DNA of 64,000 nucleotides from Escherichia coli (GTDB lineage Bacteria; Pseudomonadota; Gammaproteobacteria; Enterobacterales; Enterobacteriaceae): NCBI RefSeq assembly GCF_030384885.1, contig NZ_CP128613.1; one strand, 5' to 3'. Shown piece by piece: positions 23,037 to 33,474 of this stretch (position 1 is its first letter; each line of letters starts with the position of its first letter). The notes under the pieces were generated by a model. It saw only the letters and a program-made list of their open reading frames with translations, ran no database searches and was not told where the DNA came from. The position numbers and the translations under genes were made by a program.

Positions 23037-24326
23037 ATGACAACGGACGATCTTGCCTTTGACCAACGCCATATCTGGCACCCATACACATCCATGACCT
23101 CCCCGCTACCGGTTTATCCGGTGGCGAGCGCCGAAGGTTGCGAGCTGATTTTGTCTGACGGCAGACGCCTGATTGACGGTATGTCGTCCTGGTGGGCGGC
23201 AATCCACGGCTACAATCACCCACAACTTAATGCCGCGATGAAGTCGCAAATTGATGCCATGTCGCATGTGATGTTTGGCGGTATCACCCATGCGCCGGCC
23301 ATCGAGCTATGCCGCAAACTGGTGGCGATGACGCCGCAACCGCTGGAGTGCGTTTTTCTCGCGGACTCCGGCTCCGTAGCGGTGGAAGTGGCGATGAAAA
23401 TGGCGTTGCAGTACTGGCAAGCCAAAGGCGAAGCGCGCCAGCGTTTTCTGACCTTCCGCAATGGTTATCATGGCGATACCTTTGGCGCGATGTCGGTGTG
23501 CGATCCAGACAACTCAATGCACAGCCTGTGGAAAGGCTATCTGCCAGAAAACCTGTTTGCTCCCGCGCCGCAAAGCCGCATGGATGGCGAATGGGATGAA
23601 CGCGATATGGTGGGCTTCGCACGTCTGATGGCGGCGCATCGTCATGAAATCGCGGCGGTGATCATTGAACCGATTGTTCAGGGCGCTGGCGGAATGCGCA
23701 TCTACCATCCGGAATGGTTAAAACGAATCCGCAAAATGTGCGATCGTGAAGGTATCTTGCTGATTGCGGACGAGATAGCCACCGGTTTTGGTCGTACCGG
23801 CAAACTGTTTGCCTGCGAACATGCGGGGATCGCGCCGGACATTTTGTGCCTCGGTAAAGCCTTAACCGGCGGTACGATGACCCTTTCCGCCACGCTCACT
23901 ACGCGCGAAGTGGCTGAAACTATCAGCAACGGCGAAGCCGGATGCTTTATGCACGGGCCAACCTTTATGGGCAATCCGCTGGCCTGCGCGGCAGCAAACG
24001 CCAGCCTGGCCATTATCGAATCTGGCGACTGGCAGCAGCAGGTAGCGACTATTGAAGCACAACTGCGCGAGCAACTGGCTCCTGCCCGTGACGCCGAAAT
24101 GGTTGCCGATGTGCGCGTGCTGGGAGCGATTGGCGTGGTCGAAACCACTCGTCCGGTGAATATGGCTGCGCTGCAAAAATTCTTTGTCGAACAGGGTGTC
24201 TGGATCCGACCTTTTGGCAAGCTGATTTACCTGATGCCACCCTATATCATTCACCCGCAACAGTTGCAGCGCCTGACCGCAGCGGTTAATTGCGCGGTGC
24301 AGGATGAAACATTTTTTTGCCAATAA
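23037..24326 (+). CDS. bioA: adenosylmethionine-8-amino-7-oxononanoate aminotransferase BioA (429 aa)
   Basis: Start at internal ATG ([20 protein letters not shown]...); the track ORF is 5'-extended. Confidence 0.95.
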   Translation: MTTDDLAFDQRHIWHPYTSMTSPLPVYPVASAEGCELILSDGRRLIDGMSSWWAAIHGYNHPQLNAAMKSQIDAMSHVMFGGITHAPAIELCRKLVAMTPQPLECVFLADSGSVAVEVAMKMALQYWQAKGEARQRFLTFRNGYHGDTFGAMSVCDPDNSMHSLWKGYLPENLFAPAPQSRMDGEWDERDMVGFARLMAAHRHEIAAVIIEPIVQGAGGMRIYHPEWLKRIRKMCDREGILLIADEIATGFGRTGKLFACEHAGIAPDILCLGKALTGGTMTLSATLTTREVAETISNGEAGCFMHGPTFMGNPLACAAANASLAIIESGDWQQQVATIEAQLREQLAPARDAEMVADVRVLGAIGVVETTRPVNMAALQKFFVEQGVWIRPFGKLIYLMPPYIIHPQQLQRLTAAVNCAVQDETFFCQ

Positions 24327-24384
24327 CGAGCAGTCAGCGTGAGGTTTTCTGGCTACACTTTCTGCAAACAAGAAAGGAGGGTTC

Positions 24385-24861
24385 ATGAAACTCATTAGTA
24401 ATGATCTGCGCGATGGCGATAAGCTGCCGCATCGCCATGTCTTTAACGGCATGGGTTACGATGGCGATAATATTTCGCCGCATCTGGCATGGGATGATGT
24501 TCCTGCGGGAACCAAAAGTTTTGTCGTCACCTGCTACGACCCGGATGCGCCAACTGGCTCTGGCTGGTGGCACTGGGTAGTTGTTAACTTACCCGCTGAT
24601 ACCCGCGTATTACCGCAAGGGTTTGGCTCTGGTCTGGTAGCAATGCCAGACGGCGTTTTGCAGACGCGAACTGACTTTGGTAAAACCGGGTACGATGGCG
24701 CAGCGCCGCCGAAAGGCGAAACCCATCGCTACATTTTTACCGTTCACGCGCTGGATGTAGAACGTATTGATGTCGATGAAGGTGCCAGCGGCGCGATGGT
24801 CGGGTTTAACGTCCATTTCCACTCTCTGGCAAGCGCCTCGATTACTGCGATGTTTAGTTAA
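24385..24861 (+). CDS. ybhB: PEBP/kinase-inhibitor family protein YbhB (158 aa)
   Basis: 158 aa; sequence recognised. Confidence 0.9.
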   Translation: MKLISNDLRDGDKLPHRHVFNGMGYDGDNISPHLAWDDVPAGTKSFVVTCYDPDAPTGSGWWHWVVVNLPADTRVLPQGFGSGLVAMPDGVLQTRTDFGKTGYDGAAPPKGETHRYIFTVHALDVERIDVDEGASGAMVGFNVHFHSLASASITAMFS

Positions 24862-24951
24862 TTGCTCAACCAGATGGCGCAATGCCATCTGGTATCACTT
24901 AAAGGTATTAAAAACAACTTTTTGTCTTTTTACCTTCCCGTTTCGCTCAAG

Positions 24952-24966
24952 TTAGTATAAAAAAGC
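24952..24966. repeat. att core at the P-arm side (B'-O-P junction)
   Basis: cgctcaag + ttagtataaaaaagc + tgaacgcgaaac...: attB B' arm, common core, then sequence matching the lambda P arm (cagtcactatgaatcaactacttagatggtattagtgacctg). Confidence 0.9.
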
Positions 24967-25309
24967 TGAACGCGAAACAACAAAAGCCAATAATATCAAT
25001 GTGTTAAAATACATTTAGTCTAAAAAATAGACTGCATGATACTACAAAAAACAACATATCCAGTCACTATGAATCAACTACTTAGATGGTATTAGTGACC
25101 TGAGACAGAGCATTAGCGCAAGGTGATTTTTTGTCCTCTTGCGCTAATTTTTTGTCATCAAACATATCGCACTCCAGAGAAGCACAACACCTTGCAGTCC
25201 AGTGCAAAGCTTTGTGTACCAGAGTTTTCCTCATCAACTACCGCAAGTATCGATCGATTGAGACTTGGATGATAGACTTCATACCTTTCAGAACTCATTG
25301 ATTAAATAA

Positions 25310-25672
25310 ATGTTAAATATATTTGCAAGGTACACCTCGATTGGTGTGCTGAACACACTTATACACTGGGTGGTTTTTGGTGTATGTATCTATGCCGCGC
25401 ATACCAATCAGGCTCTGGCAAACTTCGCAGGTTTCGTTGTGGCTGTGAGTTTTAGCTTCTTCGCGAATGCAAAATTCACATTCAAAGCATCAACTACAAC
25501 GATGCGCTACATGTTATATGTCGGGTTCATGGGAACACTCAGTGCTACTGTTGGATGGGCTGCTGATAGATGCGCACTTCCCCCGATGATAACTCTTGTC
25601 ACCTTCTCCGCCATCAGCCTGGTGTGCGGTTTCGTCTATTCAAAGTTCATTGTCTTTAGGGATGCGAAATGA
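25310..25672 (+). CDS. gtrA: GtrA bactoprenol-linked glucose flippase (120 aa)
   Basis: 120-aa 4-TM protein of the GtrA family, immediately inside the att site and followed by gtrB. Confidence 0.85.
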   Translation: MLNIFARYTSIGVLNTLIHWVVFGVCIYAAHTNQALANFAGFVVAVSFSFFANAKFTFKASTTTMRYMLYVGFMGTLSATVGWAADRCALPPMITLVTFSAISLVCGFVYSKFIVFRDAK

Positions 25673-26583
25673 AAATTTCTTTAGTCGTTCCGGTCTTTAA
25701 CGAAGAGGCCACGATACCTATTTTTTATAAAACTGTGCGCGAATTTGAAGGGCTTCAGCAGCATGAAGTCGAGATAGTCTTCATAAACGATGGCAGCAAA
25801 GACGCTACAGAATCAATTATCAACGAGCTTGCTGTTGCCGACCCGCTTGTTGTTTCGCTGTCGTTCACACGTAACTTCGGCAAAGAACCCGCCCTGTTCG
25901 CAGGTCTGGACCATGCTACCGGGGAGGCAATTATCCCGATTGACGTTGATCTGCAAGACCCTATCGAAGTTATTCCTCACTTGATAGAGAAATGGCAGGC
26001 CGGTGCAGATATGGTTCTGGCTAAACGCTCTGACCGCTCCACTGACAGCAGGCTGAAGCGTAAATCTGCTGAGTGGTTCTATAAGCTTCATAACAAAATC
26101 AGCAACCCTAAGATAGAAGAAAATGTTGGCGACTTCCGGCTCATGTCTCGCGAAGTAGTAGAAAACATTAAGCTCATGCCAGAACGAAACCTGTTTATGA
26201 AGGGTGTGCTGAGCTGGGTTGGTGGTCGAACCGATGTCGTAGAATATGCGCGAGCAGAACGAGTTGCAGGAAGCACAAAGTTCAATGGATGGAAGCTATG
26301 GAACTTGGCGCTGGAAGGGATCACTAGCTTTTCTACTTTCCCTTTGCGCATGTGGACTTATATAGGCCTGTTTGTGGCAACCTTATCATTCCTTTATGGA
26401 GCATGGATGATTGCTGATAAATTGATGTTTGGAAATAGTGTTCCAGGTTACCCTTCTATCATTGTATCAATATTGTTTCTTGGTGGAGTTCAGTTAATAG
26501 GCATAGGAGTTCTTGGAGAGTATATAGGAAGAATTTATGTTGAAGTTAAGCAGCGACCAAGATACATTCTAAAGGATAAGTAA
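25669..26583 (+). CDS. gtrB: GtrB bactoprenol glucosyltransferase (GT2 family, 304 aa)
   Basis: N-terminal GT2 domain (LVVPVFNEE...INDGSKD...DVDLQDP) with C-terminal TM helices; overlaps the gtrA stop. Confidence 0.9.
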   Translation: MKISLVVPVFNEEATIPIFYKTVREFEGLQQHEVEIVFINDGSKDATESIINELAVADPLVVSLSFTRNFGKEPALFAGLDHATGEAIIPIDVDLQDPIEVIPHLIEKWQAGADMVLAKRSDRSTDSRLKRKSAEWFYKLHNKISNPKIEENVGDFRLMSREVVENIKLMPERNLFMKGVLSWVGGRTDVVEYARAERVAGSTKFNGWKLWNLALEGITSFSTFPLRMWTYIGLFVATLSFLYGAWMIADKLMFGNSVPGYPSIIVSILFLGGVQLIGIGVLGEYIGRIYVEVKQRPRYILKDK

Positions 26584-26584
26584 A

Positions 26585-28051
26585 ATGACTTTAAATATAA
26601 AAAAAACAGCCATATACATCATTGGATTTATATTCTTGACTTTCTTCTACGCCTCGATTTCAAAACAGATTTTGCCAAGTTCGGATGCTGTTTCTGGACT
26701 TCTTGAGGGTAAGGACATTGCGGACGGAAATTGGACGCTTAGTGGATGGTATCTCTCTACAGTATCATTCTATTTTACAGACATAATATGGTACGGGCTT
26801 GCTTCAAAGGTATTCTGGTACGGACAGTACCAAGCATACTGCATACCGGCAATTATGTATTCAATGGTTACATTGATGACATTTTATCTTTCAAAAGAAA
26901 GGCTTTCATCGTTATGGGCCATTTCATTTTGCGTTGCGCTGCCTTCTGGGTTTGCAGTATTAAACGTATTAATACCTGTGATACATGTCGGCACATATGT
27001 ATCCATGTTGTTTTGCTTCATAATGTTAGACAATTTTTCCAAAACAAGATCGTTAATTTCTCTATCTCTTTATATTTTAGTGTTAGCTCTAGCTTGTTTC
27101 AGTGATGACATCATAAAGCTACTCATTATTGCACCAGTAGCAATATCATCAGTGATTTTTATAGTAAAAACCAAAAGCCAAAAAAATCTGATCATACTAG
27201 TTGCAACTATATTTGCATATGTTGCATCAAAAATTATGACCATGTACGCAAGAGCTCATAACTGGTACATTTTGCCAGGCGTTCCAGATCCAACATTTGT
27301 TGCATTTGATGATATCCTGAATAATTTATACTTATTCGTAAAAGGATTCCTCCTATACAGTGGAGCTTTCTTCTTTGGCAAGCCACCTTCTGATATTACA
27401 GCGCTTATTTCTGTTTTTTGTTTTGTTGTAATGATTTTACTTCTTATATTAGTTGCAATGTCAGTAAAGGAAATATTCAAAACCTCCATGATCAATATGG
27501 CTATATGTATAGCTTGTATTATAATGATACCAGCATACCTTGCAAGTAACCGTCCAATAGATGAATGGACTATAAGATATATCGTTCCATTTTTTATACT
27601 AGCACCTGTTGTTATTGGCAGATCTAACAACTCCAGAGGGTGGAAATTCATCGCATTAGGGGTTGTTACAACATTTATTCTCTTTTGTTCTATTTATATG
27701 CATGAAAAAAAAGACAATTCTAATGATATTATAAATCAGATAAAACACACTGTAAGGCAGAATAACCTCACAAACGGGTATGCATCTTTCTGGTTTGCTT
27801 CATCAGCAAGTATAGATGGAGACATATCAATTGCTCCGATTGATGTAAACCGAGGTTTGAATATACTTGCATGCAATAAATGGTTGTCAAAAAACTATTG
27901 GTATGAGCGCGGAGGAAATTTCATAATTACAGATGACGAGGTTATGAGAAATATAACAATTAAAGAGATTGGTAATCCATCAAAGGTTATTGACGTCGGA
28001 GATAAGAAGATTTTTGTTTACGATAAAAACATTACATTCAACTGCAATTAA
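26585..28051 (+). CDS. GtrC-type serotype-specific O-antigen glucosyltransferase (polytopic membrane protein, 488 aa)
   Basis: Third gene of the gtr cassette; very AT-rich, about 10 TM segments and a C-terminal soluble domain; poly-A8 tract at codons 5-7. Confidence 0.65.
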   Translation: MTLNIKKTAIYIIGFIFLTFFYASISKQILPSSDAVSGLLEGKDIADGNWTLSGWYLSTVSFYFTDIIWYGLASKVFWYGQYQAYCIPAIMYSMVTLMTFYLSKERLSSLWAISFCVALPSGFAVLNVLIPVIHVGTYVSMLFCFIMLDNFSKTRSLISLSLYILVLALACFSDDIIKLLIIAPVAISSVIFIVKTKSQKNLIILVATIFAYVASKIMTMYARAHNWYILPGVPDPTFVAFDDILNNLYLFVKGFLLYSGAFFFGKPPSDITALISVFCFVVMILLLILVAMSVKEIFKTSMINMAICIACIIMIPAYLASNRPIDEWTIRYIVPFFILAPVVIGRSNNSRGWKFIALGVVTTFILFCSIYMHEKKDNSNDIINQIKHTVRQNNLTNGYASFWFASSASIDGDISIAPIDVNRGLNILACNKWLSKNYWYERGGNFIITDDEVMRNITIKEIGNPSKVIDVGDKKIFVYDKNITFNCN

Positions 28052-28059
28052 TTAAATAA

Positions 28060-28078
28060 GCGGGTGCTAAGCACCCGC
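28060..28078 (+). terminator. hairpin downstream of the gtrC-like gene (possible terminator; weak U-tract)
   Basis: gcgggtgc taa gcacccgc perfect 8-bp stem. Confidence 0.4.
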
Positions 28079-28199
28079 ATTATCATACACTTGTACCATA
28101 CGCCCTCTTCCATTCAGATGATACTGTGTCCATATTGGAAGACCTAGCGTTGTATCGTAGTATTCAACTGGCACAATTGAAGAGACAGGCCTCTGCGCA

Positions 28200-28363
28200 G
28201 TTGTACCATATAACAAAGATGTCAACGGAGAAGTGCAGGCCGCAAACTGACTGATGATGAAAAAACGCGGCTGAATGCGGTACTCGACTACATCGACGCA
28301 GTGACAGCAGTTGATGCTGACGCTGCGCCTGATATCAACTGGCCCGCTCCCCCGGTTGCGTAG
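28200..28363 (+). pseudogene. fragment of an alternative tail fibre assembly (tfa') gene, C-terminal part only
   Basis: Plus-strand frame encodes ...[38 protein letters not shown], a typical Tfa C-terminus, without a 5' half; convergent with and overlapping the minus-strand tfa. Confidence 0.5.
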
Positions 28364-28739
28364 GCCACTCTATTTCGGGTGCCGCTGAGGTATCAACACG
28401 GTTCAGCAGTACCCTGTATTTTTTCCACGCCAGCAGTAACGCCTGTTCATCGTCTGTCACCATTTCCAAATCAACGGCATCCTGCAGCGGTGCTATTGCG
28501 TTATTTGCTACGGTCAGTAGTGCTGATTTCTGCAGCTCAGCCTCCGCAACTAACGCGTTGTGAGAGCGTTCTGGGGGAGGTGGCACGGTAAATACTCCGT
28601 CTGAATATGACCAACCGATGCCAGCATCGCCGTTTAACGGAACTAAATTACCAGCCTCTGGTTTCCATTCAGAAATTCCGTCCCAGATAATGACATTAAT
28701 AACAACGTTATTATCAACAACTGCATAGATATCATTCAT
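28335..28739 (-). CDS. phage tail fibre assembly protein (Tfa, 134 aa)
   Basis: C-terminal [25 protein letters not shown] motif typical of Tfa/U proteins; immediately downstream of the tail fibre gene. Confidence 0.8.
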   Translation of the reverse strand: MNDIYAVVDNNVVINVIIWDGISEWKPEAGNLVPLNGDAGIGWSYSDGVFTVPPPPERSHNALVAEAELQKSALLTVANNAIAPLQDAVDLEMVTDDEQALLLAWKKYRVLLNRVDTSAAPEIEWPTQPGERAS

Positions 28740-29672
28740 TTACATGTACTCCCGAATTACCAGCACGCCATTAGCTCCGTGCCCGCCACGTCCTGACGTG
28801 TGTGAATAGCTATTATCGTATGCACCCCCGCCGCCGGAGCCAGAGCAAACTCCAGGATTACCGCTCAGTTGCCCAGCGCGGCCGCCGCCACCCCAATAGC
28901 TCGATGCCCCATTGCCTACTAATAGCGCCTGGCCCGCCTGTCCGTCTGAACCGTCTCCGCCTTGTTCAGTTTTATAACCGCCAGAGCCTGAGCCACCGCG
29001 CCCGCCAGCGGTATTTGTAGCGCCGCCCCATTGCCCACCCTGGCCGCCGAGCGCAGTTAATGTCATGAACGAACTATGACCGCCATTATTTCCAGACCCT
29101 GGCCCATTGGCACCACTACCACCGCTACCAATTGTCACTGTATAGGTCCCTGGCCCGGCATCGTTGTCTGTCGCATAAATAGTGGCAAAAACAGTACCTC
29201 CGGCTCCTCCGCCAGCCCCTGAAAATGTCTGATTTGCGTTCTCCGCGTTACATCCACCGCCACCGCCGCCCCCCGCAGTCAGAATAACGTCAATTCGTTT
29301 TACGTCAGCTGGCCACGTATATGAACCCGACGATGAAAAAACGACAGTTTTGCTGTAACGCCCCGAGCCATCTCCCAAACCAAGGTTTTCGAGAGCCGTT
29401 TTCACCGTGCCATCCGATTTGATATCACCAAACGGATTCTTGCGGCTTAACAGCAGCGCACGAAGCGCTGTAAGCAGCTGGTCATGCTGCCCCTTCTCCA
29501 GGCTGGCACCGGATGCCTCCACCACGCTGCAAAGCTCCTCCTGCAACATGTCAAAGTAGTCATCATCCAGATCGGTGGCAGGCGTGCCGGTCTGGGGGTT
29601 ACCACGGGTAAAACCGTTCTTACCCGCGCCGAACTTATCCTTCTGCGCGGTTTTCGTGTCTATACGATGCAT
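28740..29672 (-). CDS. phage tail fibre protein (Mu S / P2 H-like N-terminus, glycine-rich C-terminal domain, 310 aa)
   Basis: N-terminus ...[24 protein letters not shown]... typical of side tail fibre proteins; Gly-rich repeats in the C-terminal half. Confidence 0.8.
   Translation of the reverse strand: MHRIDTKTAQKDKFGAGKNGFTRGNPQTGTPATDLDDDYFDMLQEELCSVVEASGASLEKGQHDQLLTALRALLLSRKNPFGDIKSDGTVKTALENLGLGDGSGRYSKTVVFSSSGSYTWPADVKRIDVILTAGGGGGGGCNAENANQTFSGAGGGAGGTVFATIYATDNDAGPGTYTVTIGSGGSGANGPGSGNNGGHSSFMTLTALGGQGGQWGGATNTAGGRGGSGSGGYKTEQGGDGSDGQAGQALLVGNGASSYWGGGGRAGQLSGNPGVCSGSGGGGAYDNSYSHTSGRGGHGANGVLVIREYM
29371..29395. promoter_or_regulatory. hix/gix-like DNA invertase crossover site inside the tail fibre gene
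   Basis: tctcccaaaccaaggttttcgagag: imperfect palindrome whose core AAACCAAGGTTTT is identical to the Hin hixL core; lies at the constant/variable junction (about codon 95) of the tail fibre ORF. Confidence 0.55.
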
Positions 29673-29675
29673 GAA

Positions 29676-30194
29676 TTACTCCGGATATTTAAAAATTACG
29701 TAGGTATGCGACGGGCAGAGTTTGTTAAGCACACACTCGACAACGGTGTCGCCCCAGATACGCAGTGCGGAATCACAGGGATCGCCACATGTCATCCAGG
29801 TGGTGTTGGTGGCAGCTGGCATGTTGACCTGCCAGTAATACCGCCATTCCGGCGCATTCACCGCGTCAGTACAGACCGATGAGCAGGTGAACGTGCTTTT
29901 GTCGTATCGCGTGATGTTGGCATCTGGTCTGCCCAGGGCAGCAAGCTGTGCAAGGTAAAAATCCTCATTGATGCCGCCCGCCAGATTAACCTTCGCATCC
30001 AGCCGTTGCTGACGCTGGCGAAGGGTCTGCGTTCCCGCCGGAATACATTCATCCGGCAGGCCGCACAGACGCTCCCAGCGGTTTATCAGTTCAGTGGTGG
30101 TGCGCGGATCCAGCTCCCGCATCAGGGCATCCGCACGCTGATGAACGCGGGTTCCAGACGCCGCGCGGTTGCAGATCGCTGCCAAGGCTAACAC
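29676..30194 (-). CDS. phage tail protein (DUF2313 / Mu gp48-like, 172 aa)
   Basis: Position immediately upstream of the tail fibre gene and resemblance to YmfQ-type prophage tail proteins. Confidence 0.5.
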   Translation of the reverse strand: MLALAAICNRAASGTRVHQRADALMRELDPRTTTELINRWERLCGLPDECIPAGTQTLRQRQQRLDAKVNLAGGINEDFYLAQLAALGRPDANITRYDKSTFTCSSVCTDAVNAPEWRYYWQVNMPAATNTTWMTCGDPCDSALRIWGDTVVECVLNKLCPSHTYVIFKYPE

Positions 30195-30747
30195 CGGAAA
30201 GCGTTTTGATCATGGTGACCAGGTCGCTGGCGTTACCATAAAGGCGTTTCCCGGTACGCCACATTTTCTGCACCTGCTCAACGAAATTTTTGCCTGACGA
30301 TGGCGGCGGCAGAAGTACCGAGATATCCCCCTGCAACAGCCTGGCGGCATCCGATACGGCAGAATCCACCACTTTCATCGCATCAGAAACATACCCCAGC
30401 ATTGTGCTGGCATTACCGACGACGTCGTTCTGCACAAAATCCGCCACGCCATCGATACTGAAACCTCTGAAACTGTCACTGATGCAGTCATCCAGTGCAG
30501 AACAGGATGACATCAGCGTCTGCGCCGTCGCCGCACCTGATGTGGGGTAAGAGAGTTCTCCCGCTTCGACAAACTTCAGGTCAAAGCGGACAATACGCCC
30601 TTCATTCTTCGATGTGCTGACCCGAACTTCCCCGTCAACACAGACTTTCAGCTCACCGTATGTCGGATGGACAAGCGTGCCGGGACCGGGTTTATTCAGC
30701 GCGTCAATCAGGCGATCGCGCTGGTCAAAGCAGTCATCTCCCACCAC
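30091..30747 (-). pseudogene. baseplate (J-like) gene fragment, truncated by the internal prophage deletion and frame-disrupted at its 3' end
   Basis: ORF overlaps the next gene by about 100 nt in another frame and ends in an atypical ...[14 protein letters not shown] tail; its 5' end abuts the deletion junction next to int. Confidence 0.4.
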
Positions 30748-30795
30748 ATAAGCCGTGATGGACGGGCGGAAAGTGATTTTCCCCAGGTCTTCGGT

Positions 30796-31824
30796 AACCT
30801 TTATATAAGAAACAATGGATATTACTGCTACAGGGACCCAAGGACGGGTAAAGAGTTCGGATTAGGCAGAGACAGGAGGATAGCAATTACTGAAGCAATA
30901 CAGGCAAACATTGAGTTATTTTCAGGACACAAACACAAGCCTCTGACAGCGAGAATCAACAGTGATAATTCTGTTACGTTACATTCATGGCTTGATCGCT
31001 ACGAAAAAATCCTCGCCAGCAGAGGAATCAAGCAGAAGACACTTATAAATTACATGAGCAAAATTAAAGCAATAAGGAGGGGGCTACCTGATGTTCCACT
31101 TGAAGACATCACCACAAAAGAAATTGCAGCAATGCTCAATGGATACATAGACGAGGGCAAGGCGGCGTCAGCAAAGTTAATCAGATCAACACTGAGCGAT
31201 GCATTCCGAGAGGCAATAGCTGAAGGCCATATAACAACAAACCCGGTCGCTGCCACTCGCGCAGCAAAATCAGAGGTAAGGAGATCAAGACTTACGGCTG
31301 ACGAATACCTGAAAATTTATCAAGCAGCAGAATCATCACCATGTTGGCTTAGACTTGCAATGGAACTGGCTGTTGTTACCGGGCAGCGAGTTGGTGATTT
31401 ATGCGAAATGAAGTGGTCTGATATCGTAGATGGATATCTTTATGTCGAGCAAAGCAAAACAGGCGTAAAAATTGCCATCCCAACAGCATTGCATGTTGAT
31501 GCTCTCGGAATATCAATGAAGGAAACACTTGATAAATGCAAAGAGATTCTTGGCGGAGAAACCATAATTGCATCTACTCGTCGCGAACCGCTTTCATCCG
31601 GCACAGTATCAAGGTATTTTATGCGCGCACGAAAAGCATCAGGTCTTTCCTTCGAAGGGGATCCGCCTACCTTTCACGAGTTGCGCAGTTTGTCTGCAAG
31701 ACTCTATGAGAAGCAGATAAGCGATAAGTTTGCTCAACATCTTCTCGGGCATAAGTCGGACACCATGGCATCACAGTATCGTGATGACAGAGGCAGGGAG
31801 TGGGACAAAATTGAAATCAAATAA
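30796..31824 (+). pseudogene. int: lambda-type integrase, 5'-truncated (corresponds to lambda Int residues 15-356)
   Basis: From NLYIRNNGYYCYRDPRTGKEFGLGRDRRIAITEAIQ... to ...HLLGHKSDTMASQYRDDRGREWDKIEIK* it matches lambda Int as I recall it. The first about 14 codons and the promoter are replaced by unrelated sequence; the in-frame upstream extension to 30667 comes from the opposite strand of a tail gene. Confidence 0.85.
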
Positions 31825-31897
31825 TGATTTTATTTTGACTGATAGTGACCTGTTCGTTGCAACAAATTGATAAGCAATGCTTTTTTATAATGCCAAC

Positions 31898-31912
31898 TTA
31901 GTATAAAAAAGC
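31898..31912. repeat. att core at the P'-arm side (P'-O-B junction)
   Basis: ttgataagcaatgcttttttataatgccaac (lambda P' arm) + ttagtataaaaaagc + aggcttca (attB B arm). Confidence 0.9.
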
Positions 31913-31958
31913 AGGCTTCAACGGATTCATTTTTCTATTTCATAGCCCGGAGCAACCT

Positions 31959-33242
31959 GTGAACACATTTTCAGTTTCCCGTCTGGCGCTGGCATTGGCT
32001 TTTGGCGTGACGCTGACCGCCTGTAGCTCAACACCGCCCGATCAACGTCCTTCTGATCAAACCGCGCCTGGTACCTCTTCTCGCCCGATTCTGTCGGCAA
32101 AAGAAGCGCAGAATTTCGATGCTCAACACTATTTTGCATCCCTGACACCAGGTGCGGCAGCGTGGAATCCTTCCCCGATTACCCTGCCTGCGCAACCTGA
32201 CTTTGTTGTCGGCCCGGCGGGTACTCCGGGTGTAACGCATACCACGATTCAGGCGGCGGTAGATGCGGCAATTATCAAGCGCACCAACAAGCGCCAGTAT
32301 ATTGCCGTGATGCCTGGTGAATATCAGGGAACGGTGTATGTCCCTGCCGCTCCGGGTGGAATTACTCTGTACGGTACAGGTGAAAAACCGATTGATGTGA
32401 AGATTGGGCTTTCCCTTGATGGGGGCATGAGCCCTGCCGACTGGCGTCACGACGTCAACCCGCGCGGCAAATATATGCCAGGTAAACCAGCGTGGTATAT
32501 GTACGATAGCTGCCAGAGCAAACGCAGCGACAGTATCGGCGTTCTCTGCTCTGCGGTCTTCTGGTCACAAAACAATGGCCTGCAACTGCAAAACCTGACC
32601 ATCGAAAACACGCTGGGTGATAGCGTAGATGCGGGTAACCATCCGGCGGTGGCACTGCGTACTGATGGCGACAAAGTGCAGATCAATAACGTCAACATTC
32701 TCGGTCGTCAGAATACATTCTTTGTCACCAACAGTGGTGTGCAAAACCGTCTGGAAACCAACCGTCAGCCGCGTACTCTGGTGACCAACAGTTACATTGA
32801 AGGGGATGTGGATATCGTTTCTGGTCGCGGCGCAGTGGTGTTCGATAATACCGAATTCCGCGTGGTGAACTCACGTACTCAGCAAGAAGCGTATGTGTTT
32901 GCACCGGCTACGCTGTCTAACATCTATTACGGTTTCCTCGCCGTAAACAGCCGCTTCAATGCTTCCGGTGATGGCGTGGCGCAACTGGGCCGCTCGCTGG
33001 ATGTTGATGCCAATACCAACGGTCAGGTGGTGATCCGTGATAGCGCCATCAACGAAGGTTTTAACACGGCTAAACCGTGGGCCGATGCGGTGATTTCCAA
33101 TCGTCCGTTTGCGGGTAATACTGGCAACGTTGATGATAACGACGAAGTACAGCGTAATCGGAATGACACTAACTACAACCGCATGTGGGAATACAATAAC
33201 CGCGGCGTGGGTAGCAAAGTGGTTGCAGAGGCGAAGAAGTAA
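31959..33242 (+). CDS. ybhC: pectinesterase-family lipoprotein YbhC (427 aa)
   Basis: Lipobox LTAC; 427 aa; sequence recognised. Confidence 0.9.
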   Translation: MNTFSVSRLALALAFGVTLTACSSTPPDQRPSDQTAPGTSSRPILSAKEAQNFDAQHYFASLTPGAAAWNPSPITLPAQPDFVVGPAGTPGVTHTTIQAAVDAAIIKRTNKRQYIAVMPGEYQGTVYVPAAPGGITLYGTGEKPIDVKIGLSLDGGMSPADWRHDVNPRGKYMPGKPAWYMYDSCQSKRSDSIGVLCSAVFWSQNNGLQLQNLTIENTLGDSVDAGNHPAVALRTDGDKVQINNVNILGRQNTFFVTNSGVQNRLETNRQPRTLVTNSYIEGDVDIVSGRGAVVFDNTEFRVVNSRTQQEAYVFAPATLSNIYYGFLAVNSRFNASGDGVAQLGRSLDVDANTNGQVVIRDSAINEGFNTAKPWADAVISNRPFAGNTGNVDDNDEVQRNRNDTNYNRMWEYNNRGVGSKVVAEAKK

Positions 33243-33257
33243 AAGCGATTAACTTTT

Positions 33258-33458
<201 letters not shown>

Positions 33459-33474
33459 ATTTACATGGCGCTTT

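Larger units (their letters stand above)
24952..31912. mobile_element. degenerate lambdoid prophage (about 7 kb) integrated at the lambda attB site; carries gtrABC, tail-fibre remnants and a truncated int
   Basis: Flanked by direct 15-bp copies of the lambda att core (ttagtataaaaaagc at 24952-24966 and 31898-31912). The left copy is adjacent to lambda P-arm-like sequence and the right copy to lambda P'-arm sequence followed by int. Confidence 0.9.

Noticed and set aside
23702-24452. Minus-strand ORFs (172 and 196 aa) antisense to bioA
   Set aside because: Embedded in the strongly supported bioA gene; the Arg/Ser/Ala-rich composition is a frame artefact.
25200-25309. Possible Dam/OxyR-dependent phase-variation switch upstream of gtrA, as in Salmonella and P22 gtr operons
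   Set aside because: Only a single GATC is present in the upstream region, not the paired GATC sites within OxyR half-sites that the known switch requires.
28802-29882. Plus-strand ORFs (72 and 132 aa) antisense to the tail fibre and DUF2313-like genes
   Set aside because: Overlapped by longer, functionally coherent minus-strand phage tail genes; no independent support.
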